DNA of 50,472 nt from a virus. Taxonomy: Duplodnaviria > Caudoviricetes. The position numbers and the translations under genes were made by a program. Positions within the stretch are counted from its first letter, which is position 1, and the number at the start of each line of letters is the position of its first letter. Positions 37,684-44,762 of this stretch are shown here, in pieces. The notes beneath the pieces are model-generated. The model did not search any database. It had not been told where the DNA came from and saw nothing but the letters and a program-made list of their open reading frames with translations. The stretch covers positions 1 through 50,472 of the IMG/VR virus record IMGVR_UViG_3300038406_000147; one strand, written 5' to 3'.

Positions 37684-37983
37684 CTACCTCCTAAATCCTG
37701 GGTGGGGTGGGACGGGGCGCCTGCACGCAGCCTTCGAGCGGCCGATGTTAGCGATCGCGGCGCCCTGCTGACCGGTCTTCCGGGCGTGGCAGTACGCGCA
37801 AACGCCGCGGAGGTTCTCGTCCGAATGATCATCCGGGTGACCCACGTGGTCGACCTCGGTAGCGGGGGCGCCGGTGCAACGGGTCTGGAGCCGGCACACC
37901 GGATCACGGCGCAGGATGCGCGCTCTGATGGTGAGCCAGCCCGGGGGGAGAGGAGTGCTACGGCGCGAAGACGCGCTGTTCAG
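37684..37983 (-). CDS. HNH endonuclease (packaging-associated); probable non-canonical start
   Basis: LPPGW..IRARIL.RD..C, ATEVDH..DDHS.ENL..C..CH..KT; only a CTG (37983) lies upstream of the conserved N-terminus. Confidence 0.8.
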   Translation of the reverse strand: MNSASSRRSTPLPPGWLTIRARILRRDPVCRLQTRCTGAPATEVDHVGHPDDHSDENLRGVCAYCHARKTGQQGAAIANIGRSKAACRRPVPPHPGFRR

Positions 37984-38008
37984 ACAGACAACCCCATCAT
38001 GATCACGG

Positions 38009-38037
38009 ATCGTATTCCACTAACGGACGTTTGTCAA
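38009..38037 (-). promoter_or_regulatory. Promoter of the HNH/terminase/structural operon
   Basis: TTGACA-N17-TACGAT on the minus strand. Confidence 0.75.
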
Positions 38038-38058
38038 AATCCGGGAAGGTGGTGGAGA

Positions 38059-38304
38059 TTACTCCACAGCCTTGACGGGACGCCCGGGGTCACCGCGGAC
38101 GAACATGCCGATACCCTGCTGGCTGGTCACCCACCCCTCAGCCTTCAGGACATTAACGGCCATCCGTACTGTCCCGTACGAAACGGGATAATCCAGCCCT
38201 GACTTCTCCAGGTCGGCGTACGACGGCAGCCGGTCACCCGGCTTCAACCTTCCTCCACGGATCTGCTCGCGGATCGACTCCGCCAGCGCCTCCCAGCGCG
38301 TCAT
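38059..38304 (-). CDS. GntR-family winged-HTH regulator
   Basis: IREQI..G.LKPGDRLPS..VS.GTVR.A...L..EG.V....G.GMFV. Confidence 0.9.
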   Translation of the reverse strand: MTRWEALAESIREQIRGGRLKPGDRLPSYADLEKSGLDYPVSYGTVRMAVNVLKAEGWVTSQQGIGMFVRGDPGRPVKAVE

Positions 38305-38310
38305 CAGGTG

Positions 38311-38406
38311 CTCCCTCGGTAGCACCCGAGAGCCTACCGGATAGACACCAGTGTTGACATCGGATACAGGGTTGCCATAGTGTGCGAGGGTCTCCCTCGG
38401 TAGCAC
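38311..38406. promoter_or_regulatory. Divergent promoter flanked by 15-bp direct repeats
   Basis: CTCCCTCGGTAGCAC at 38311 and 38392; + strand TTGACA(38354)-N18-TAGTGT. Confidence 0.65.
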
Positions 38407-38475
38407 GGGGGGATTCCTGGCCGTCACTTCGCCCAAGTCGGCGGCCAGGACCCACCTCAGCGGAGGGGGTGCGCC

Positions 38476-39003
38476 ATGGCGGGTGAGCTGGGGGTTCCGG
38501 CTACCCCCTTCGCTGAGGCCGCGGACGTTTGCGCCGAGCCGTGGCCAAGCCTAGAGGCAGCCCTAGAGCAGGTCGGGTACCTGCGCAAGGACGGGTGGAT
38601 CGTCCCGCTGTCCACACGCCCGAACCGGCATCGTCCACGTGCTGATGGGACGGTACTGGTGGCCACCGTCTACCGCCCCGGAGACTGGAGTTCACCCGGA
38701 GACATCACCTGGAGTGGACAAAGGACGACCGCTGTGGTACCGACTACAGATGATGTGGACACTACTGTCGGTAGCCCTGTCCGTAGTCGCCCTGAGCACC
38801 CTCGTTCTGGTGACCCGGAAGCAGCGCCGCGAGCTGGCGCACCTGCGTCACCAGGTGGAGACCGCGACCGCGATGGCCGTCGTGCTGGCCCGTGGCGACC
38901 CGGCGCCGCCGCCCACCAAGCCCCGGCACCTGCGGCTGATCCGGGGCGGACTGGTCGCCGCGCTGACCGGCAGCGCCGCGTGGTTGACCCGCCGCAAGGT
39001 TGA
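38476..39003 (+). CDS. hypothetical protein (3' part overlaps the next ORF; uncertain)
   Basis: GGAGG RBS before ATG, downstream of promoter. Confidence 0.35.
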   Translation: MAGELGVPATPFAEAADVCAEPWPSLEAALEQVGYLRKDGWIVPLSTRPNRHRPRADGTVLVATVYRPGDWSSPGDITWSGQRTTAVVPTTDDVDTTVGSPVRSRPEHPRSGDPEAAPRAGAPASPGGDRDRDGRRAGPWRPGAAAHQAPAPAADPGRTGRRADRQRRVVDPPQG

Positions 39004-39376
39004 GCTCGGAGTCGGGGCCGCGGCGGCGGCGGTCACCCTAGTCGCCGGGGTGATGCTGACGCCGGGGCCGCCAGGCCTACCGGACAGCCCTCCAGCGGTA
39101 GCGCCACCACCACCCGCCGAGACCGCCACACCGGATCCAGAACCACGCGCCGCCACCACCGCCACGCCGCCGCTGCCCGTCAAGCCACCGGCGCCCGAAC
39201 CGGCAGCCGCCCCCGGACCCAGCCCGACGCCGACGCCGACCCCCGCCGTGGCCGCGGCGGTCGAGCCGGTATGTGAGCTGGTCGCCAGATCACTGCCCCG
39301 GGTGCGACTGTGCCTGGGGGATGATCATAAGTCAATCGTGCGTCATGATCTTGGAACACCCGTTGACACCGATTGA
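38750..39376 (+). CDS. Pro-rich membrane protein
   Basis: N-terminal TM, RHLRLI motif, second TM, Pro/Ala-rich tail. Confidence 0.6.
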   Translation: MMWTLLSVALSVVALSTLVLVTRKQRRELAHLRHQVETATAMAVVLARGDPAPPPTKPRHLRLIRGGLVAALTGSAAWLTRRKVELGVGAAAAAVTLVAGVMLTPGPPGLPDSPPAVAPPPPAETATPDPEPRAATTATPPLPVKPPAPEPAAAPGPSPTPTPTPAVAAAVEPVCELVARSLPRVRLCLGDDHKSIVRHDLGTPVDTD

Positions 39377-39470
39377 CACCAGTTGACACTCGGGTGCAGG
39401 TCGGGCGGTCTGTCGGCCCCGTGAGCAGGGGCCTTCAACACCTCTCGGTGGTGTCTACCAGATCCGAGTG
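39320..39470. other. Candidate attP region
   Basis: TTGACAC at 39363, 39373 and 39383 (10-bp phasing, arm-type-like) downstream of the integrase; GATCAT..ATGATC inverted repeat. Confidence 0.55.
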
Positions 39471-39489
39471 CCCGCCCTTGCGCTGCACG

Positions 39490-40641
39490 TCAGGCCCCCT
39501 TTCTCGCCCGGTCGAGATTTACCACCTGGGCCAGGTTCGTCGCTGGTGCGTCAGCAGCCCAGACCTCGCGGATCGCCTCGTGCGCGCCCGGCGCCAGGTG
39601 GGCGTAGCGCTGGGTGGTCGCATACGACTCATGGCCCAGCAGCGCCTGGACCCGGTAGAGGTCCACGCCGGCCATCACCAGCCAGCTGGCGGCGGTGTGG
39701 CGCAGGACGTGCGGCGGGTGCCGGGGGACGCCGGCGGCAGCCACCGCGGCGTACCAGCGCCGGCGCCAGTCCGAGTGCCAGGCCCGGGACTCGAAGACCA
39801 GGGCGTCGACCGGCCGGCCCCGGACCAGCGCGGCCAGGTCCAGCATGATCCGGTCCGGGACCGGGACGGTCCGGTGCGACCGGGCGGACTTCGGAACCGG
39901 CACGATGCCAGCCCGGGTCCGGACCTGCCAGACGTTGATCTCCCGGCGCAGCCAGTTGACGTGGTTGCCCGGGAGCCCGGCGAGCTCGCCGTATCGCAAC
40001 CCGACGTGCCCGGCCAGGTCGGCCATCACCGCCCAAGGCTGGCCGCCGGCGACCGCCCGGAGCGCAGCCACGATCGCGGCGTGCTCCTCGCGGGTGTACC
40101 AGACGATCCGGCCGGGCGGCACGGTCGGCAGGGCCAGGCCGGCGAACGGGCTGTCCAGCACCAGCGGCGGGCGCTCGGCCAGGGCCGCGGCGTACAAGCT
40201 GCTCATCACGGTGACGATCTGCTCGATCGTGGCCGGCGCCAGCAACCGGTCCAGCGGCCGGCCCCACCGACCGGTCACCCGGGTCTGCTCGAGCTGGCGG
40301 ACCCATCCCTGCGCCTCCATCCGAGTCACGTCAGCCAGCCGCCAGGCCGCCCACTTCGGCTCGCAGTGCGTCCGCCAGTAGGTCTCGAGCTTGCGGCGGG
40401 TGCCGGCAGCGACCACGTGCGCGGCCGACCAGCGGGCGTACCAGTCGCCCACCGTGACCCGGCCGGCCCGGGGATCCCGGGTTTCGCCCCGGGCGAACGC
40501 GGCCTCCTGCTCGCGCGCCCACTCCGTCACCACCTTTCGCAGCGGGTGGCTCTTGGTCAGCCGGTTCCGGCCGGGCGGCAGCCGGGGGTTGCGGACGGTG
40601 GCCTGCCAGCGGCCGGAAGGCAGGCGGCGCACGTAGGGCAT
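39490..40641 (-). CDS. int: tyrosine integrase
   Basis: GLRYGEL, PK, HVLRHTAASWL, LLGH, TQRY. Confidence 0.95.
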   Translation of the reverse strand: MPYVRRLPSGRWQATVRNPRLPPGRNRLTKSHPLRKVVTEWAREQEAAFARGETRDPRAGRVTVGDWYARWSAAHVVAAGTRRKLETYWRTHCEPKWAAWRLADVTRMEAQGWVRQLEQTRVTGRWGRPLDRLLAPATIEQIVTVMSSLYAAALAERPPLVLDSPFAGLALPTVPPGRIVWYTREEHAAIVAALRAVAGGQPWAVMADLAGHVGLRYGELAGLPGNHVNWLRREINVWQVRTRAGIVPVPKSARSHRTVPVPDRIMLDLAALVRGRPVDALVFESRAWHSDWRRRWYAAVAAAGVPRHPPHVLRHTAASWLVMAGVDLYRVQALLGHESYATTQRYAHLAPGAHEAIREVWAADAPATNLAQVVNLDRARKGA

Positions 40642-41045
40642 CAGCCGGCCGCCGCCCGGTCATCGTCGCCCAGCCGCCGGTTGATCGCGCGCAAGAAGTC
40701 GCGGATCATCTCCCGGTCGCGCTCGGGGGTGGCCGGGTCGCCCAGCCGACGCTGGAGCAGCGCCACCTCCGGGTCGGGCGGCACCTGGCGCCGGGGACGG
40801 ACCGCGGCGGCGCCAGGCCGGAGTCCGGCAGCGATCAGCGCCTCGTCGAGGTCGAGCCCGAGCGCGTCGGCGATCCGGATGACGATCTCCACACGCTCGG
40901 GCCGGGCCTCGCCGGCCTCATACCTGTAGATGGTGGCCCGGCCCACGCTGGCGGTCTTGGCCAGGCCGGCCGGGGTCAGGTCGGCGGCCCGGCGCGCGGC
41001 GCGCAAATATGCGGCCCACGTCGAGCCCAACGGAGTGTCTCGCAT
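40641..41045 (-). CDS. Xre-family immunity repressor
   Basis: LRAAR..LT..LA...VGRATIYRYEAG..P..IADAL. Confidence 0.85.
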   Translation of the reverse strand: MRDTPLGSTWAAYLRAARRAADLTPAGLAKTASVGRATIYRYEAGEARPERVEIVIRIADALGLDLDEALIAAGLRPGAAAVRPRRQVPPDPEVALLQRRLGDPATPERDREMIRDFLRAINRRLGDDDRAAAG

Positions 41046-41251
41046 AAGAGACAAGGTACGCGGCCGGCCGCGCGGACGTAACCCATCGCGGCGGGCGCGT
41101 CGGCGCCGGTAGCCCATAAAACTTAGGGTGCGTTGTCCCATATCCGAGACACTACCTGTCTCGTAGACGAGACAAATCAGCCGTTCGGATGACCCGTCCC
41201 ACTTGCGGGACGGTCCACTGTCGTGACAGTCTCAATCTCGTGACTGAGACA
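41036..41251. promoter_or_regulatory. Operators TGTCTC-N6-GAGACA (41036-41053, 41134-41151, 41157-41174, 41234-41251)
   Basis: four near-perfect 18-bp palindromes between the divergent repressor and cro-like genes. Confidence 0.8.
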
Positions 41252-41548
41252 ACCCAGGTGTCCGGAGGTGAGACACGTGCGTCCCTGAACTTCGCCAAGA
41301 TCAACGAGCGGTGCGCAGCGCTGGGCGCCACCACCGTCGCCCAGCGCTGCGCCTTACTGAAGGTCAGCCGGGCGCAGCTCTACCGCTGGCTCAGCGGCGC
41401 CAACGACATCACCACACGGCGCGCGCTAGACCTCGCCACCCGCCTGGACCTATCGCTGGCGGATGTCCTCGCGCCCCCGAAGCCGAAGCCGCCCAGCCAC
41501 CCACCGCCACAGCCGCGCCCACCGGCCGGCCCGAAGGGAACCTCATGA
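41240..41548 (+). CDS. Cro-like HTH protein (start uncertain)
   Basis: VSRAQLYRWLSG...LATRLDLSLADV; divergent from the repressor. Confidence 0.8.
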   Translation: MTETTQVSGGETRASLNFAKINERCAALGATTVAQRCALLKVSRAQLYRWLSGANDITTRRALDLATRLDLSLADVLAPPKPKPPSHPPPQPRPPAGPKGTS

Positions 41549-41946
41549 GCGCCTACCACCGCGTGCAAAATCGATGGTGGCCCGCATACGAAGTGGTGTT
41601 CAAGCTGATCAGGCAGCACCCTCCAGTATCCGATGGCGACTTCAACCGATCCCAAGAGAACGCACGGCTATGGATGGCCGTGGACGCAGCCCTGTCCGCG
41701 ATGCAGACCAACACTCCCGACCTTCCCGAAGGCGTCCCCGAGGAGATGTACCTGGTCAAGACTCACTACGCCACTGTTCCCGAGCTGGCCATCTCGATGG
41801 AGCACGTCCTCGCACTGATGACGCGGCGCAATACCGAGCCTGACGACCGTTACACCATCCTGCGCGTCCGGATCGTCGAGGCCACCCCTGTCGAGCTGAA
41901 GCTGGTTCCACGGGAGGTGTCCGATGAGCAAGAAGAAGCCGGTTGA
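41545..41946 (+). CDS. hypothetical protein
   Basis: ATGA overlap. Confidence 0.65.
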   Translation: MSAYHRVQNRWWPAYEVVFKLIRQHPPVSDGDFNRSQENARLWMAVDAALSAMQTNTPDLPEGVPEEMYLVKTHYATVPELAISMEHVLALMTRRNTEPDDRYTILRVRIVEATPVELKLVPREVSDEQEEAG

Positions 41947-42106
41947 CGGACACCCCGCAGGTCACCGGGGCACCGACCCCAAGAACAAGAAGGGGGACTG
42001 GTGGCCGACCCGAGAGCATGGGGCCGACACCGAGCACCAGGGCGGCCTCCCCAACCAGCGCCGGCCACCGATCGGCGACAACCTTGACGAGGAGCCGGCC
42101 AAGTGA
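41924..42106 (+). CDS. hypothetical protein
   Basis: GGAGG RBS. Confidence 0.5.
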   Translation: MSKKKPVDGHPAGHRGTDPKNKKGDWWPTREHGADTEHQGGLPNQRRPPIGDNLDEEPAK

Positions 42107-42297
42107 CTCCCCAGCTGCACTCGGTCGCCGAGGTCGCCAACCTGCTGTCCTGCACCCGGCAGCACATCTACAACCTAATCTCTCGTGGACAACTGTCCAC
42201 AGTGCACATCGGCATGGGGCGGGCGAAGACCCGGATCTCGGAGACCGAGCTGGCCACGTACATCAAGCGCCACACCACGAAGGAACCGGCACGATGA
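42103..42297 (+). CDS. excisionase-like HTH protein
   Basis: SVAEVANLL.CTRQHIYNLI.RGQL..TRI. Confidence 0.85.
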   Translation: MTPQLHSVAEVANLLSCTRQHIYNLISRGQLSTVHIGMGRAKTRISETELATYIKRHTTKEPAR

Positions 42298-42815
42298 GCA
42301 TCTACTTTGACCTCCGACAGCTGATCCACGAGACCGCCGCCGACCAGGACGAGTGGGATCTGGACGTACTGACCAAGATGGTCCACGACAACACCCCGCA
42401 CGACCAGCTCATCGAGGCGTACCGGCAGGCTCTGAAGCACGCCGTGCGCATCGAGCTGGGACAAGCTCCCCGGTCGGGACAGACTTCCACCGGCGCCGGC
42501 CAGACGGTAAGCGATACCCATGAACGGGTCACTGGCGCCGGTGGGACCAACCTGCGCAACTCCCGGGTCGCGCTGCTGCGCCGTTCCGGGTTCCGCGAGC
42601 GGGTCCACGTCGGGGAACGGACCTGGCTGCACATCGAGGAGTGCACGGCCCCGGACCTGCGCTACGCGGCCGACGAGTGCAACCGCATGGCCAAGGCCAA
42701 CGCCGCGGCCCAGCGCCGGTACAAGAAGCTGGCCGACCTGCTCGTGAAGCACAGCGTCGAGCGGGTCCGCGACCTGCCCGTGGACACACTGAGGGCGGTG
42801 TTCGGAAATGCGTAG
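42294..42815 (+). CDS. hypothetical protein upstream of Tas, containing one guide unit
   Basis: ATGA overlap; 173 aa. Confidence 0.75.
   Translation: MSIYFDLRQLIHETAADQDEWDLDVLTKMVHDNTPHDQLIEAYRQALKHAVRIELGQAPRSGQTSTGAGQTVSDTHERVTGAGGTNLRNSRVALLRRSGFRERVHVGERTWLHIEECTAPDLRYAADECNRMAKANAAAQRRYKKLADLLVKHSVERVRDLPVDTLRAVFGNA
42485..42546 (+). ncRNA. TIGR-like stem-loop guide unit (intragenic)
   Basis: stem-CCA-GACGGTAAG-CGATACCCA-TGAACGGGT-CA-stem. Confidence 0.8.
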
Positions 42816-44205
42816 CGCCCAGACCTCCTCGGAGACCAAACACCCAACGATACCCAGGGGAAGTCCGTCTCCGGGGACCAAGCTGCCCGGCCCCGACCAG
42901 CCGGGTCTCGACACCCAGGAAGATCACGTCGGGGCCGGGCACCCGGAGACCACGGAGCGTTCAACACCCATCATGGCGCCGCCTCTGGGGACCAAGCTGC
43001 CCGGCCCCGACCAAACATGTCTCGGTACTCAAAGGACGTCCATCGGGGCCGGGCGCCCGGAGACCAGGGGCAGGTCGACACCCACCGCCTCTCCGCCTCC
43101 AGCGCCCGGCCCCGACCAAACAGCCCGCCAGGCCCAACCATCGCGCGTCGGGGCCGGGCGCCCGGAGACCAGTAGAGCCGCGACACCCATCAGGTTGCCG
43201 TCTCCGGACATCAACGTGCCCGGCCCCGACCGTCTGGATCTCGATACCCACGCACGGAGCGTCGAGGCCGGGCACCCGGAGATCATGCCGGTACCGACAC
43301 CCATGACTGAATCATCTCCGGGCACCGACGTGCCCGGCCCCGACCGCGCGCGGCACGATACCCATAACATCTCCGTCGGGGCCGGGCCGACCCTCTACGA
43401 CCCCGGCTTGTACCTGCTGGCCGAGCAGCTAAACGCGATCGAGGACCTCCGGAAGGCCACGGCGAACCGGCTCCGGCAGGCCACGCGGAACACAGAGGAC
43501 AAGGACGGTGAGGTGCGGGGCCTCGGGCTCCCCGAGGACGCGCCGACCGTGCGCGCCACCGTGAACATGCTGGCCGGGCTGGACGCGATCGAGCACCAGG
43601 TGATCCTGGAGCTTCAGCGGGCGCTGCGCCGGCATCCGCTGAGCACATGGCAGAAGCGGACGGTCGGGGTGGGGGAGAAGCAGCTGGCCCGACTACTGTC
43701 CGCGATCGGCGACCCCTACTGGAACACCTTGCACGACCGGCCGCGCATCGTCTCAGAGCTGTGGGCGTACGCCGGCCTCCACACCATCCCCGCCGGCCAT
43801 GAAGCGCACGATACCCAGCCGCTCGCCGCCAACGGGGATAAGCCCGCCGCCCGCCCCCCGGACCATCCCGGCCACGGTACCCACGGCCGTTTCGTCCGGG
43901 TGGCGGCGCGGCGTAAGCGAGGAGAACGGTCGAACTGGTCGACGGAGGCCAAGACCCGGGCGTACCTGATTGCCGAGTCGTGCATCAAGCAGGCGGCCTC
44001 GCCGTACCGGACGGTCTACGACGGCCGGCGCACGGTCACCGCCGAGCGCGTCCACGCAGCCCCCTGCGTGCGCTGCGGCCCGTCCGGTAACCCGGCGGCG
44101 ACCGGCACGCCGTGGAGCCTGGGACATCAGCACGCGGACGGCCTACGAATCGTGTCGAAGACCCTGCTCCGGGACCTGTGGCGCGCAGCCCGTGATGCCC
44201 GATGA
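42808..44205 (+). CDS. TasA-like Nop/IS110-C-terminal-domain RNA-binding protein, no nuclease domain; ORF includes the array (alternative starts 43285, 43303)
   Basis: coiled coil (LRKATANRL), HPL..W...GVGEKQLARLL..IGD, SELWAYAGL, RRKRG..NW..AKTRAY.IAE, SPYR..YD, H..GLR..K.LL.DLW. Confidence 0.8.
   Translation: MRSAQTSSETKHPTIPRGSPSPGTKLPGPDQPGLDTQEDHVGAGHPETTERSTPIMAPPLGTKLPGPDQTCLGTQRTSIGAGRPETRGRSTPTASPPPAPGPDQTARQAQPSRVGAGRPETSRAATPIRLPSPDINVPGPDRLDLDTHARSVEAGHPEIMPVPTPMTESSPGTDVPGPDRARHDTHNISVGAGPTLYDPGLYLLAEQLNAIEDLRKATANRLRQATRNTEDKDGEVRGLGLPEDAPTVRATVNMLAGLDAIEHQVILELQRALRRHPLSTWQKRTVGVGEKQLARLLSAIGDPYWNTLHDRPRIVSELWAYAGLHTIPAGHEAHDTQPLAANGDKPAARPPDHPGHGTHGRFVRVAARRKRGERSNWSTEAKTRAYLIAESCIKQAASPYRTVYDGRRTVTAERVHAAPCVRCGPSGNPAATGTPWSLGHQHADGLRIVSKTLLRDLWRAARDAR
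42827..43387 (+). ncRNA. TIGR-like stem-loop array, 10 dual-spacer units
   Basis: each unit is stem-CCA-N9-CGAYACCCA-N9-C(G/A)-stem; 20 different 9-nt spacers; two alternating stem types. Confidence 0.88.
43786..43906 (+). ncRNA. two TIGR-like guide units inside the Tas Nop domain
   Basis: CCA-TGAAGCGCA-CGATACCCA-GCCGCTCGC-CG and CCA-TCCCGGCCA-CGGTACCCA-CGGCCGTTT-CG, each closed by a stem. Confidence 0.8.
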
Positions 44206-44762
44206 GCACGGTGACCATGGAGGCGTTCGTCGGCGCCCGCTGGATGCTGGACGGCGGCTGCATCGGTGAGGACCCGGAGCTGTTCTACCCCCACAAGCTC
44301 TCGCACCACCAGATCGAGACGGCCAAGAACATATGCAACACCCGGTGCCCGGTAATGGAGAGGTGCCGCAAGTGGGCGCGTTCCGTGCCCGAGCTGCACG
44401 GGGTGTGGGGTGGCGAATCCGAGGACGAGCGCCAGGCGTGGATTCGCGGCACCACCACAACCCGCCGCAGGCGCCACGCTGGCAGGCAGGACGCGAAGAT
44501 CTGCGAATACTGCGCCCAGCTGTTCATCTTCGAGGTTCACCGCAACCGCCCGCGCCGGTTCTGTAGTCCACAGTGCTACACCAGCTACGTCCGTCTGGAT
44601 CACGGAAGCGGCTCCGGCCCGTGCGGAACGGCCCGGGGTGCCTCACACCACCGGCGGCGGGGCGAGCGACCCTGCGCCGCCTGCCACCAGCGCGAGAACG
44701 AGGCCAGCAGGGTCAGGCAGCAACGCCGAGCCGCTCGACGACAAGCAGAGAGGGCGCCGTAA
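44202..44762 (+). CDS. whiB: WhiB-family regulator with C-terminal Cys-rich extension
   Basis: C..DPELFY, AK.IC..CPV...C, GVWGG.SE.ER; extra CxxC, FCSxxC and CGT..H.R.GE.PC..C. Confidence 0.9.
   Translation: MSTVTMEAFVGARWMLDGGCIGEDPELFYPHKLSHHQIETAKNICNTRCPVMERCRKWARSVPELHGVWGGESEDERQAWIRGTTTTRRRRHAGRQDAKICEYCAQLFIFEVHRNRPRRFCSPQCYTSYVRLDHGSGSGPCGTARGASHHRRRGERPCAACHQRENEASRVRQQRRAARRQAERAP

Noticed and set aside
39320-39490. tRNA gene or tRNA-derived attP core
   Set aside because: No recognisable T-arm or acceptor stem; the core could not be defined.
39373-40929. 518-aa + strand ORF and other long antisense ORFs (e.g. 31740-33125, 33183-34340)
   Set aside because: These are shadow frames of well-supported opposite-strand genes in high-GC DNA.
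40641-41045. Integration-dependent immunity (attP inside the repressor gene)
   Set aside because: Arm-type-like repeats lie downstream of int, and no att core is visible in the repressor.
42827-43387. CRISPR array or simple protein repeat
   Set aside because: Variable segments are paired 9-mers inside hairpins, not ~30-40 nt spacers, and there is no cas operon. Conservation follows base pairing and fixed nucleotide spacing rather than amino acids.
42808-44205. Active IS110 transposon
   Set aside because: There is no N-terminal DEDD RuvC domain or catalytic SG loop, and the gene is translationally coupled within a phage operon.
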